From contig PHAI01000002.1 in the NCBI GenBank assembly GCA_002840305.1, forward strand, positions 74,707 through 138,706: a stretch of DNA of 64,000 bases, written 5' to 3'. Positions 1-9,531 of this stretch are shown one piece after another. A program made the position numbers and the translations under genes. How positions within the stretch are numbered: position 1 is the first letter of the stretch; every line of letters begins with the position of its first letter. Under the pieces are notes generated by a model. That model saw nothing but the letters and a program-made list of their open reading frames with translations, was not told the DNA's origin and ran no database searches. This DNA is from Candidatus Falkowbacteria bacterium HGW-Falkowbacteria-1 (GTDB lineage Bacteria; Patescibacteriota; Patescibacteriia; Patescibacteriales; UBA12465).

Positions 1-653
1 GAAGGGTCCATGTCATTTCTTTTATCTAAATAAATTTTTAGACTTTCTAGTGACCTCCTAGAAAAATAGACTGTTCTTACTTTTTGTCCTTTTCCCGTGA
101 CAGCAATTTCTAAATAATCAATGTTTGGCCTTATCTTTATTTGTTCTCTGTCTAGCGCTACTAATTCTGAGACTCGAAGCCCCGTAGAAAACAAAGTCTC
201 CAAGATTGCGCCATCTCTTAAGCCAATGGCCTTTGTTTTGTCGGGTGACTCTAGAAGTCTTTTTAATTGTTCGATAGTTAAAAATTTAATTTCTCGCTCA
301 GACCTGTCTTTGGCTAATTTTATTTTGCTTGGTGGCAGGGAAGGGATGTTTTTTTCGATAAAAAAATCGAGTAATGAACGCAGGGCTATTAAATAATAAT
401 TCTGGGTGCTCTTTTTTAAGTTCTTTTTGCTTTTTAAGTCTGTATGACGGGATAGAAATAAACGATATTTCCAAATTATTTCATCAGTTAGTGATTTTGG
501 GGTAATGTGGTCCAATTTAACATCCTTTAACCATTTAAAAAACTTATTCAAAAATCTAGAATAGTTTTCTTGGGTTTTAATAGATAAACCTTTTTCTATT
601 TCACAATAGTCCAGGAAATCTTTCAGGTACTTTATTATAGGTTTATTTTCCAT
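1..653 (-). CDS. Tyrosine recombinase, XerC/XerD-like. Only the N-terminal 217 codons are present; the gene runs off the left edge.
   Basis: Absent from the ORF track because it has no stop codon inside the window. Hand translation from the ATG at 653..651 is stop-free to position 1. It reads MENKPIIKYLKDFLDYCEIEKGLSIKTQENYSRFLNKFFKWL...LRDGAILETLFSTGLRVSELVALDRE...GKGQKVRTVYFS. This shows the SAM-like N-domain and the first catalytic Arg box (GLRxSEL) of the integrase/Xer family. Confidence 0.8.
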   Translation of the reverse strand, partial: MENKPIIKYLKDFLDYCEIEKGLSIKTQENYSRFLNKFFKWLKDVKLDHITPKSLTDEIIWKYRLFLSRHTDLKSKKNLKKSTQNYYLIALRSLLDFFIEKNIPSLPPSKIKLAKDRSEREIKFLTIEQLKRLLESPDKTKAIGLRDGAILETLFSTGLRVSELVALDREQIKIRPNIDYLEIAVTGKGQKVRTVYFSRRSLESLKIYLDKRNDMDP

Positions 654-820
654 AATCTATTTTTTAAATTGATTTCCAAAAGAGAAGGCTATTCTTCTTA
701 ATATTGCCATTGCTTAAGTAGTGTGCTATACTTCGCATAATGTATATTAATTAACCTTATATTAATATAATATATTAAAATCAATAACAAAGCAAGGTTT
801 AGACTAGTAATTAGAGCTAG

Positions 821-964
821 TTAGTATATAGTTAAGCCCATGATATTTATTTCTGGTGTAAACAGAAGCCCTATCTTTAAAAAGATTAAAAAAACTCCAA
901 TAGTAACTAAGCAAAAAACAAAAATAGCTAAACCAAATATAAACTTGAATGTTCCTTCTCCCAT
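821..964 (-). CDS. Small hydrophobic protein (47 aa), hypothetical
   Basis: Hand-translated as MGEGTFKFIFGLAIFVFCLVTIGVFLIFLKIGLLFTPEINIMGLTIY*. It has one or two TM-like segments and is below the ORF-track size cutoff. There is no homology evidence. Confidence 0.3.
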   Translation of the reverse strand: MGEGTFKFIFGLAIFVFCLVTIGVFLIFLKIGLLFTPEINIMGLTIY

Positions 965-985
965 ATTTTTTTAAATTATATTATA

Positions 986-1987
986 TTAATGATAATAAAT
1001 TTTATCTCCATAACGAATATCAATATACTCAATATTCTTTAAATTGTCCTTATATTCCTTTTTAAGCAATAAAAAGCGCTGTATTTGGTCATTATAGTCA
1101 TCTTTTAAGCTAAAAAAGACTAAAACGTCATTAAACAGTCTTACTTTTATAGTGTCTACTGATTCGTCAATTATAAAGTTTTTGGCTCTAAAATCAGTCT
1201 CTATGCCCAGGTCGTTGTATAATTTGATGGCAAATTCGAGGTATTCTTTGTTAATTTTAGCATATTTTGAGTCAGAATCAAGCCTTGAAGAGCTAATATT
1301 TTCCATTAAAGGAAGATATTTGTCAGATAAAAAATCATCAATTGATTCTATGCAATTATTTTCTTGACCTTCTTGTACTTCTTCGTAATTATTTATTTCA
1401 GGATTGTCCGAATTAATAACTTTGTCTAGGGATTCCACCTTTTCCTCTAAAACTTCATAATCTCCTTCATTTGTCAGTAAATCTCCCGTTGTTTCTTCTT
1501 TTTCATCTTCGCATAAGTAGTAAGTTGATATAATGTTGCCGTCACTATCCAAATAATAGTAGCTTTTGCCCTCTTTAAGAATGTAGGCAACTTCCCTTTC
1601 TTCTATTTCCATTTCAATGGTGTTAAATAAGGACTTTTTTATTATAATCTTGGAAAAATTGTAGGGACTAAGAGAATTTGCAAGCTTTGTCTTATTAAAT
1701 AATATTAGATTTTTTTCAGAAAAAAACAAAAATTTGGAATTATTTATCTGATCTTTCACTATATTTTCTATTTCTAGATTATCAACCTCTTTTAAGTCAT
1801 TGATTTTTATATTCTTTATTGTAAAAAGACCAGAAAAGAAGGTTAAATAGACAAAAACAAGCACAAAAATAATAAAAGAAAAGAAAATAATTCTGCATTT
1901 TTTTCTAAATTTTCTATGGGTTTTCTCTTTCATGAAGGGGTTATTTATTTTTTTCCCACTTATTTTTGTTAATCCACTGTTTATCAT
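986..1987 (-). CDS. ftsQ: FtsQ-like cell division protein (N-terminal TM anchor plus POTRA-like region) with an acidic insert
   Basis: TM segment IIFFSFIIFVLVFVYLTFF is followed by FTIKNIKINDLKEVDNLEIENIV, a typical POTRA start. It sits directly downstream of alr in a cell-wall context. The family call rests on architecture only. Confidence 0.55.
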   Translation of the reverse strand: MINSGLTKISGKKINNPFMKEKTHRKFRKKCRIIFFSFIIFVLVFVYLTFFSGLFTIKNIKINDLKEVDNLEIENIVKDQINNSKFLFFSEKNLILFNKTKLANSLSPYNFSKIIIKKSLFNTIEMEIEEREVAYILKEGKSYYYLDSDGNIISTYYLCEDEKEETTGDLLTNEGDYEVLEEKVESLDKVINSDNPEINNYEEVQEGQENNCIESIDDFLSDKYLPLMENISSSRLDSDSKYAKINKEYLEFAIKLYNDLGIETDFRAKNFIIDESVDTIKVRLFNDVLVFFSLKDDYNDQIQRFLLLKKEYKDNLKNIEYIDIRYGDKIYYH

Positions 1988-1997
1988 TTTGTATTTA

Positions 1998-3146
1998 TTA
2001 TATTATTTTTCTCTTTATATTAGAGTTTAATCTAATGAGCATTTCGTAGTTAATTATTTCTATTTTGTTACTTAGATTATTAATAGAGTTCTCCATGTTA
2101 TTTATTTCTGAAATTATTTGTACTTTATCACCAATGCTTATTTCTCTGTTCATACAATTTATACAGGATAAATTCATGCACACATTTCCAGCGACTTTAG
2201 CCCAGAAAATGTCACTGTTTTTATTGAATAAAAATTTTGCACAGTTAGAAAATCTTCTGTCTAAACCCTCAAAATAGCCGAAAGGAATAATTGCAATATT
2301 AGAATCTTCTTCTAGTCTAAAATTATCATTATACGATACTCTGTCCCCTGTTTTTAACTTATGAACGGAGACGATAGTAGAATAAAGCCTTAAGGCTGGC
2401 TTTAAATTTGAAGCCACCACAAAGCTCTTATCTTGCTCTTTAAAGGGGTTGTGGCCATAAAGGGCAATACCAGGCCTAAAAGCCGTAAAAACCTTGTTTT
2501 TTAGGTTAAATACACCAGCAGAGTTGCCTAAATGTACCCATTTGGGATAAATTTTGTTTTTATGGAGTATCTCAAGACCTTCAAAAAATTTTGTTTCTTG
2601 TTTTTTGTTAAAAGGGCTGTCTGTATTGTCGGCTTCCGCTAAATGTGAACAAAAACCACTTACCTCTACCTTTTCTAAGTATTTTCTATTATTGTTTATA
2701 AAAGATTCTAAGTCGTCTATGCCCTCCCTGTTCATTCCAGTATTCAAAAAAAGGTGAATTTTTATTTTTTTACCAAACCTTGATAGATATTTTAAAGTCT
2801 TTTCGTTATAAACTACAAATTCTGTTCTCTTTTTTTTACAATACTTATAAGCACCAATGGGCATTTCGCCCATAATCAAAACATCTCCCTTGAAATTTTT
2901 ATAAACTATTTGCGCCTCAGGAAAAGAATCAACGGCTAACATTTTAATGTTACTCTTATTTAATATTTGACAAACCTCTTTCAAGCCATGTCCATAGGCG
3001 TTTGATTTTAAAACTGGAAACATTTCGGCTTGTTTTTGTAGAGAGGAAAGATAATCTAAATTATCAAGTATATTTTTACCTAATATTTCTATTTCATTTA
3101 AAGCTTGATATTTTGGTTTAATTATTTTTTTTATTAAATCAATCAT
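1998..3146 (-). CDS. alr: Alanine racemase
   Basis: PLP-lysine motif VLKSNAYGHGLKEV is present. The length (382 aa) and C-terminal beta-domain pattern (RPGIALYG, VSYN) also fit. Confidence 0.9.
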   Translation of the reverse strand: MIDLIKKIIKPKYQALNEIEILGKNILDNLDYLSSLQKQAEMFPVLKSNAYGHGLKEVCQILNKSNIKMLAVDSFPEAQIVYKNFKGDVLIMGEMPIGAYKYCKKKRTEFVVYNEKTLKYLSRFGKKIKIHLFLNTGMNREGIDDLESFINNNRKYLEKVEVSGFCSHLAEADNTDSPFNKKQETKFFEGLEILHKNKIYPKWVHLGNSAGVFNLKNKVFTAFRPGIALYGHNPFKEQDKSFVVASNLKPALRLYSTIVSVHKLKTGDRVSYNDNFRLEEDSNIAIIPFGYFEGLDRRFSNCAKFLFNKNSDIFWAKVAGNVCMNLSCINCMNREISIGDKVQIISEINNMENSINNLSNKIEIINYEMLIRLNSNIKRKII

Positions 3147-3170
3147 AATTTTTTATACCAATAACAATGT

Positions 3171-5030
3171 TTATCTAATAACAGTAACTTTTCCTTTACC
3201 ACTAGACAAGCGATCGTTTTCTAAATTTGTATTTATGTTTCTCAGTGATCCGGAAATTTCCTCTTCCGTGAAATCATCGTAGGCTGTAAATTTAATATTA
3301 TTTAATAATTCTAAAACATTACCGAAGTCTTTTTGCCCTGGAATTAAAGTTATTTCGAAATCAGCTCGATATTTGTTGACGCCTCCGTCTATTTCATTTA
3401 TTTCCCAAATAAATCTCTTGCCTATTTCGGCATAAGTTAATTTTCCATCTAAAACTCTTTTGTTTTCTGAAAAATAAACATTATCAGGCAACTCAGCTGT
3501 TAAAATAAAATCTCGTAGTTTGTTGCCAGAATTATTAAACTCCAAAAATACCCAATAATTTGTCGCCATATCAACGGCCGGTGGCAATGGACCGACTCCC
3601 AATTGGTCGCCTTGTGGGCTGTAGTAATAAGCCGAAGCTAATGCTGATACCTGAGAAACAACCTTGTTTTTGCTTGAATAAGAGTTGTATTTGACTTTTT
3701 GTTCATCGATTTGGTATTCAATTTCAGCTTTTAAATAAACTTCTTGGTTTGAGTCTATTCGCCTTTGGTCAAACTTAATATCTAAAGTTATTTCGCCCGA
3801 TTCATTCCCCGACAAATCTTCTATTTTTATCACATTTCCATCTAAATAATAATTATTAACCGATCCTGTAGATTTTACAGAAAAAATAGAAAAAGCCGAG
3901 TTAGCTGATGTTAAAGTAACTGCTATGTCTTTAATTGTATTTATTTCTTTATTTTTATAAATTATTTTGTAGTTTATATCTTCTTTGTCTTTTATATTTT
4001 TTTGATCAGATACAATATCTAATTTTAGCTCTGGCTCCTTGACCGGAATTGTAACAGCACCTTCTTCTAGGTTAAATTCACTATCGATAAAATCAAAGTT
4101 AATATTTGATTTTATTTCTAGATCCTTATTCTCTCTGAGTGAAGCAAGAAAAATTATTTCTTTATTTTCCTTAGGACTTATTTTTTCTAATAATAATTTA
4201 TTATCTTTTATTTCAAGGTCTGTTTTTTTTAGAATTAAATTTTCTCCTAAGTCAATAACTAAATTGCTCAAATCTCGACTAGCATTATTCTTAATAAGTA
4301 TTTTCCCCTCGAAATCACCACCAAAATATATCTTATCCGGCAACTCAAGATTGTAGTTCAAAAAATATTTGTTTATATTATAAAAGTATGAATTTAAAAT
4401 ACCATTTTTTCCACATTTATCACAATTAAAAGTAAAAGAAATCATTTGATGGTCCTCTTTATTCCCTGTCGCGTATCCATCTATTTTTATTTTACCACTG
4501 GTGTCAGAGTCCAATGCTCCTAAATAAAAAGTATTTTTTTCCTTGTTGTACAGATTGGAAGGTGAAACACCCTCTAATATAAAACCCCTGGGAAGCACAA
4601 CTTTTATACTGCCGTCTTTCAGGTCGTCATTTGCTTTATAATCCAATTCAAAAGTTTTTAGCTGTCCAACTATTACATCTTGACTATCGCTATTTATTTG
4701 CAGAGAAACGGTTTTGTTGGTATTTACATTTTTTTCAAAAAACAAAAACACAAGCAAAGCAATTATCACCAAAGACAAAGCAATGTCGGCGACTAAGTGC
4801 CAAAGATTTTCTTTGTAATGTCTTTCATGTCTTCTTTTTATTGGCCCCATTATTAAACTTAATTTACCAACAACAAGGTTGCCACTTTTTTTAACATTAA
4901 TACCGTCAGGGCTTATTTTAACTGATTGGCTTTCGTCACTTTCAATTATTTGATTGTTTCTATCTTTCGGATCAATTATTTCTAAGTCATTACTATTGTA
5001 ATTGAAATTTTCAGTTTTATCTTTATTCAT
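3171..5030 (-). CDS. Bitopic membrane protein with a large extracytoplasmic beta-rich region, hypothetical
   Basis: About 90 aa of cytoplasmic N-terminus are followed by the TM segment LVADIALSLVIIALLVFLFF and then about 500 aa of repetitive beta-strand-like sequence. I recognise no family by eye. Confidence 0.6.
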   Translation of the reverse strand: MNKDKTENFNYNSNDLEIIDPKDRNNQIIESDESQSVKISPDGINVKKSGNLVVGKLSLIMGPIKRRHERHYKENLWHLVADIALSLVIIALLVFLFFEKNVNTNKTVSLQINSDSQDVIVGQLKTFELDYKANDDLKDGSIKVVLPRGFILEGVSPSNLYNKEKNTFYLGALDSDTSGKIKIDGYATGNKEDHQMISFTFNCDKCGKNGILNSYFYNINKYFLNYNLELPDKIYFGGDFEGKILIKNNASRDLSNLVIDLGENLILKKTDLEIKDNKLLLEKISPKENKEIIFLASLRENKDLEIKSNINFDFIDSEFNLEEGAVTIPVKEPELKLDIVSDQKNIKDKEDINYKIIYKNKEINTIKDIAVTLTSANSAFSIFSVKSTGSVNNYYLDGNVIKIEDLSGNESGEITLDIKFDQRRIDSNQEVYLKAEIEYQIDEQKVKYNSYSSKNKVVSQVSALASAYYYSPQGDQLGVGPLPPAVDMATNYWVFLEFNNSGNKLRDFILTAELPDNVYFSENKRVLDGKLTYAEIGKRFIWEINEIDGGVNKYRADFEITLIPGQKDFGNVLELLNNIKFTAYDDFTEEEISGSLRNINTNLENDRLSSGKGKVTVIR

Positions 5031-5150
5031 ATTTTTTTTCGCACAATGTGCTTATTATATTTATATTATAGTTTATTTTTCTTTAAAAATCAATTAACTT
5101 TATTGGTTAAAACGATAAGCGGAGATAAACAAGGTGGAGAGTAAAAAGCA

Positions 5151-7211
5151 TTAAAAACTAATCGCTCCAACGAGAATTTCGTCCGTACCATTTGCATCTA
5201 TATCGTCTACCATAATTCTAAGCCCGGCAGTAAAATCTTTCTCGTAAGCCAGAAATGATTGTATATTTTTCCCATCTTTATCAAATATTTTTACTTCAGG
5301 ATCCCTGCCTGGACCAGGAACACTGATTATTTCCTTTTTACCATCACCATCAATATCACCAACGGCTATAGAAACGCCACCACGGAAAGTTTGCTCATAG
5401 GCAAAAAAACCAGCAGTTATGGACTTACCATCTTTATTAAAAACTCTAATATGAGGACCACCGCCGATACCAGCTGCTGTTATTATTTCTTGTGTTCCAT
5501 CACCATCTAGATCCATAACAGCAACTCTAACTCCGCCTCGAAAATCCTTGTCATAAGCAAAAAAACCACCTATCAGGGGTTTACCGTCTTTATTAAAAAC
5601 TCTAACATGAGGACCGCCACCCTGCCCTGCTCCGGTTATTATTTCTTTGACACCATCACCATCCAAATCAGCTACAGCAAAAGATATTTCGCCTTTAAAC
5701 TTTCCGTCGTAAGGCTTGAATTCTCTTATTTTCTGATTATTTTTGTAAATTGTAATTAGGCCGTTGCTGTTTACCAATGTTTCATCTTGTTTATCGTTAT
5801 CGATATCACTAATTAATATCTGAGAACTAGGAGAGAAAGCATCCATGTAGGCAAAAAAACCGGAACGGCTTTGTTGCCCTTGTTTATTAAAAACACGAAT
5901 AAAATCACCATTATTAAAGCTGTTGTTTTTTATGGTTGCCACCGAAGAAGCTCTTTTTAAAAGCATTATTGCGTCATTAGCTTTTAATTTTATGAAGTTT
6001 ATTATAGAACCATTATTTACACTTCTATCTTGAGTACCATTGATTTTTTCAAATTCTTCGCCTTTAAAAACATAAAGTTGTTCTTTGTCCGAGGAATTAA
6101 CCATGACAACGCCATTTTCAAAGTCTCTTCTCCATAAACTATTTTTATAATCAGTTATAGTTCTATCTAAAAGGTTGTAAGCCGCTGATCTTGCTTTTCC
6201 CAAGCTAACGTCATATTCGTCATACCACCAAATTTGATTATGACTAGAAACGTCAAAATCAAAACTAAAATATCCATGATTTTCTAACATAGTAGTTGCC
6301 AAACCAAATCTCATTTTTTGATAATTTTGACGACTACCGTCATAAGAATTTACAATTGTTATTTTAGGACTATTATTATCATTATCTATTTTTGAATAAG
6401 TGGATAGAATCCCACTCCAATTGCCATTACTTTCCCAAGAAGCCGGAAATCCCTCGAACATCACTCCGTTTAAAAGACTTTGATAATCAAGAAAAACTTT
6501 ACCATTACCCAAAATTAAATATTTATCACCAATAAGATCCCTGGTCTTTTTTAACATTTTTTTTACACCATTGGACCATCCGTCATTAACATTTTTAATG
6601 CTATCAGCTTGACCATCATTGTTTATATCAAAATCACCTCTGACCCAAGCAACATCGCCCCAAATATTGTCATAAAAGACTCCGTCCCATAAACCGGTAG
6701 AAATTATTTCTTTGTTTACAAATTCTGGTAAAAAATCATTCCATCTTTGACCATTGTTGTTTGTCTTAGCGCTATCACTCATATTCAAAAGATATGTTCC
6801 TTCCCAAAAAGTTGTTCTGTTACCGTCTTTATTTTTCAGCCACCAACCATCGACAATACTATCAACCAATTTTTTTCTAAGTGTTGCATTATAGCTCCAC
6901 TGATCAGAATAAATATTAGCATTAGCTTCTTGGGAGGTTATGTAGGCTAAAATTATTATATTTGGATTTAATTCTCTTATTTTTTTTAAGTTTTGACGAC
7001 TATTTACTTGAACCTCCATATCTAGAATTAATAAATCCCACTTGGCTAATTCTGTAACCTCATAATCAGCTATTGTCCATTTCAAAAAATAATTAGCCAC
7101 TTTAGGATAGTCGCTTTTTTCATAAATAGCAAAACAGGGCCTTGTTTGAAAAATAATCAAAAAGCCTAACAAAACAAAAAAAATATTTATTTTTTTTAAA
7201 TATTTAAACAT
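5151..7211 (-). CDS. Secreted protein: N-terminal glycoside-hydrolase-like (TIM-barrel-like) region plus C-terminal FG-GAP/VCBS repeats
   Basis: Signal peptide MFKYLKKINIFFVLLGFLIIFQTRPCFA is present. The C-terminus carries repeated DLDGDG(V/T)(K/Q)EIIT.AG.GGGPH(V/I)RVFNKDGK units, matching the FG-GAP Ca-binding DxDxDG pattern. The N-terminal hydrolase-like call is weak (KWDLLILDME...NPNIIILAYITSQE). Confidence 0.65.
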   Translation of the reverse strand: MFKYLKKINIFFVLLGFLIIFQTRPCFAIYEKSDYPKVANYFLKWTIADYEVTELAKWDLLILDMEVQVNSRQNLKKIRELNPNIIILAYITSQEANANIYSDQWSYNATLRKKLVDSIVDGWWLKNKDGNRTTFWEGTYLLNMSDSAKTNNNGQRWNDFLPEFVNKEIISTGLWDGVFYDNIWGDVAWVRGDFDINNDGQADSIKNVNDGWSNGVKKMLKKTRDLIGDKYLILGNGKVFLDYQSLLNGVMFEGFPASWESNGNWSGILSTYSKIDNDNNSPKITIVNSYDGSRQNYQKMRFGLATTMLENHGYFSFDFDVSSHNQIWWYDEYDVSLGKARSAAYNLLDRTITDYKNSLWRRDFENGVVMVNSSDKEQLYVFKGEEFEKINGTQDRSVNNGSIINFIKLKANDAIMLLKRASSVATIKNNSFNNGDFIRVFNKQGQQSRSGFFAYMDAFSPSSQILISDIDNDKQDETLVNSNGLITIYKNNQKIREFKPYDGKFKGEISFAVADLDGDGVKEIITGAGQGGGPHVRVFNKDGKPLIGGFFAYDKDFRGGVRVAVMDLDGDGTQEIITAAGIGGGPHIRVFNKDGKSITAGFFAYEQTFRGGVSIAVGDIDGDGKKEIISVPGPGRDPEVKIFDKDGKNIQSFLAYEKDFTAGLRIMVDDIDANGTDEILVGAISF
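5154..5804 (-). repeat. Coding tandem repeats (about 56 aa per unit) forming the FG-GAP blades
   Basis: The units GGFFAY(D/E)(K/Q)(D/T)FRGGV(R/S)(V/I)AV.D(L/I)DGDG..EII...G.GGGPH(I/V)RVFNKDGK recur about 4 times in the translated ORF. Confidence 0.7.
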
Positions 7212-7236
7212 TTATTTATCACTAGTATAACCGTGA

Positions 7237-7265
7237 ATTATAACACTTTTTTGAAATAAAGTCAA
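7237..7265 (-). promoter_or_regulatory. Sigma70-type promoter for the FG-GAP gene
   Basis: The minus strand reads TTGACT-17 nt-TATAAT, with TGT immediately upstream of the -10 box. It lies about 25 nt upstream of the ATG at 7211. Confidence 0.6.
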
Positions 7266-7292
7266 CACTACCTATTTTTGACTTGTTTTTAC

Positions 7293-8213
7293 TTAAAAAC
7301 CTATGTTTAAGACGCTTATTTCTGGAAAATCAAAGATTCTTAATGGCAAAACAACGTTCCCTATTCCAGGGGTCACGAACAGATTAATTCCGTCAATAGT
7401 ATAAAATTCTTTGTCGAATCCATGGCTACTTGGAATAACATGCTTATACAAAAATGGTATCCTCATTTGCCCGGCATGAGTATGGCCAGAGACCATTAAG
7501 TTTATATCTTTAATTTCACTTGAATCTTTTTTTAATTCATAAATTGAATCAGGATTATGAGTTAACAAAATTGTAAGATCAATTTTGTCTTCAAACTCGC
7601 TCGGTTTTAAAATTGAATAATCAGGATTGCCTACCCATAAATCGCCCAGCCCCACTATTTCTATGTTTTTATTTTTTATTTCTAGAATTTTTATTTTGTT
7701 ATCAATCACTAGAACTCCCGCCGACTCCAGAGATGAAGAAATCAATTTTGACATATTATTTTCGTTTTTGCCATAATCATGATTGCCCAAAATAGCTATC
7801 TTTGGCATTTTCAAATCTTTGAGTACAGAAAAGTTTTCTACCAAATTTTCTTTGTTAGCAAAATAAACAAAATCGCCAGGAATAAGCACTAAGTCTGGCT
7901 TTGCCTTGTTTATTTTTTTAATAGCCCTTTTTAATAATACCGTATCGTTGTATGCGCCTAAATGAATATCAGAGAAAACCACTACTTTCAGAGTGTTTTG
8001 ACTATTGTTTTGAATGTTGAGGTTGTAGTTTTTTGTTATTAAAAAATTAGGCTCAACAAACCTGGCCCAAATAAAAACGAAACTTATAAGCATTAAAACT
8101 ATTATTTCGAGTTGAACCTTTCTTTTTTTGTAAGTCCGGTAAATTAATAAAAATAGCAGGGGAAATATTAGATAAAAACCGTAATATATAAAGCTTATTA
8201 GAATTCTAGTCAT
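7293..8213 (-). CDS. Membrane-anchored metallophosphoesterase (calcineurin-like, YaeI-type)
   Basis: Motifs VVVFSDIHLG, PGDFV, GNHDYG and SGHTHAGQ are present. The start ATG overlaps the serS stop by 1 nt (TAATG). Confidence 0.85.
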   Translation of the reverse strand: MTRILISFIYYGFYLIFPLLFLLIYRTYKKRKVQLEIIVLMLISFVFIWARFVEPNFLITKNYNLNIQNNSQNTLKVVVFSDIHLGAYNDTVLLKRAIKKINKAKPDLVLIPGDFVYFANKENLVENFSVLKDLKMPKIAILGNHDYGKNENNMSKLISSSLESAGVLVIDNKIKILEIKNKNIEIVGLGDLWVGNPDYSILKPSEFEDKIDLTILLTHNPDSIYELKKDSSEIKDINLMVSGHTHAGQMRIPFLYKHVIPSSHGFDKEFYTIDGINLFVTPGIGNVVLPLRIFDFPEISVLNIGF

Positions 8214-9463
8214 TATTTTTTAGAAATTTTATCTAATTTTATAGGTAAAAATTGTTTTAATACTTCTGGAATCAGAACACTGCCGTCTTCTTGTTGATTT
8301 TGTTCTAAGATAGCCGGAAGCAAACGTGAAGTGGCTAATCCTGAAGCATTTAGAGTATGCAAAAATTCATTTTTACCATTCTTATCTTTGAAACGCATAT
8401 TTCCTCTTCTAGCTTGGTAATCCAATGCGTTGGAAGCTGAGCTTACCTCTTTATAGATATTCATACTCGGGATCCAAACCTCTAGGTCTACTGTTTTGGC
8501 CATGGCCGCGCTACAATCACCGGCAGCTAAATCACTAACCTGAAAATGTAAATCCAAGCCTTCTAATAATTTTGTGGCCTGATTTTTCATTTCTTCAAAA
8601 ACTGTCCAAGAATCTTCTGGCTTTGTATATTGAAACATCTCAATTTTATTAAACTGATGGCCCCTTATCATTCCTCTCTCTTCTTGACGATAGCTTCCCG
8701 CCTCCCTTCTAAAACAAGCAGAATAAGCGAAGTATTTTAAAGGCAAATCCTCTTCTTTTAAAATTTCATCTCTGTGATAGTTTCCTAGCATCATTTCCGC
8801 GGTGGCGTTTAGACATAGACCATCTTCTACCCAAAAAAGGTCATCTCTAAACTTTGGCATATGACCGGAAGCATAGGCCGATTCTTTGTTTAGCAAAAAT
8901 GGTGGAATTATAAACTGATAATTATTTTTAGTGTGGAAATCAATGAAATAGTTGAGGAGAGCCCATTCAAGTAAGGCGCCGTCTCCTTTGTAGAGCCAAA
9001 AACCAGAACCGGACATCTTAGCCGCTCTCTTGTAGTCTATAATATCAAGACTTTCCGCCAGTTCAACATGATCTTTAGCTTTAAACGAAAATTTAGGCTT
9101 TTCCTTAAAAGTATAAGAAACTTTATTATTTTCTTTGCCACCAGCTAAAACTTCAGGGGCAACTATATTTGGTAAAGATGACATTTTTTGATGCAAATCA
9201 TCCTCAACTTGATTCAAACTATCTTCCAAGTCTTTAATATTGGTATTATTTTTCTTAATGTTTTTTATAGTTTCTTCGTCTGGTTTTGTTTTTGATAACT
9301 TATTTTTTTCAGCTTTCAAGCCTTCTAATTCCAAAATTATTTTTTTTCTAGTATCATCTAACAAAATTATTTTATCCAACCCCAAATTAACGTCACCAAG
9401 GCGTTTTTTAAGAGAAACTTCAATTTCTTTTGTTTCCTCTCTAATTTTTTTTATATCCAACAT
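8213..9463 (-). CDS. serS: Seryl-tRNA synthetase
   Basis: An N-terminal coiled-coil arm is followed by class II motifs (FRREAGS, GLATSRLLPAILE). Length is 416 aa. Confidence 0.92.
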   Translation of the reverse strand: MLDIKKIREETKEIEVSLKKRLGDVNLGLDKIILLDDTRKKIILELEGLKAEKNKLSKTKPDEETIKNIKKNNTNIKDLEDSLNQVEDDLHQKMSSLPNIVAPEVLAGGKENNKVSYTFKEKPKFSFKAKDHVELAESLDIIDYKRAAKMSGSGFWLYKGDGALLEWALLNYFIDFHTKNNYQFIIPPFLLNKESAYASGHMPKFRDDLFWVEDGLCLNATAEMMLGNYHRDEILKEEDLPLKYFAYSACFRREAGSYRQEERGMIRGHQFNKIEMFQYTKPEDSWTVFEEMKNQATKLLEGLDLHFQVSDLAAGDCSAAMAKTVDLEVWIPSMNIYKEVSSASNALDYQARRGNMRFKDKNGKNEFLHTLNASGLATSRLLPAILEQNQQEDGSVLIPEVLKQFLPIKLDKISKK

Positions 9464-9531
9464 AAATTTATTTGTCGCGCCTATTGTTTTTTGTTGTTAC
9501 GCAAAGTGCTAGGCGTAATAAAAACGAATTA

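Noticed and set aside
121-396. Track ORF of 91 aa on the plus strand
   Set aside because: It lies antisense to a stop-free minus-strand frame (1..653) that encodes clear Xer/integrase motifs. The plus-strand product has no recognisable features.
1-964. Integrated mobile element bounded by the edge recombinase
   Set aside because: Only one recombinase fragment is visible, with typical chromosomal Xer features. No att-like repeats, transposase or phage genes are nearby. This cannot be assessed without the sequence to the left.
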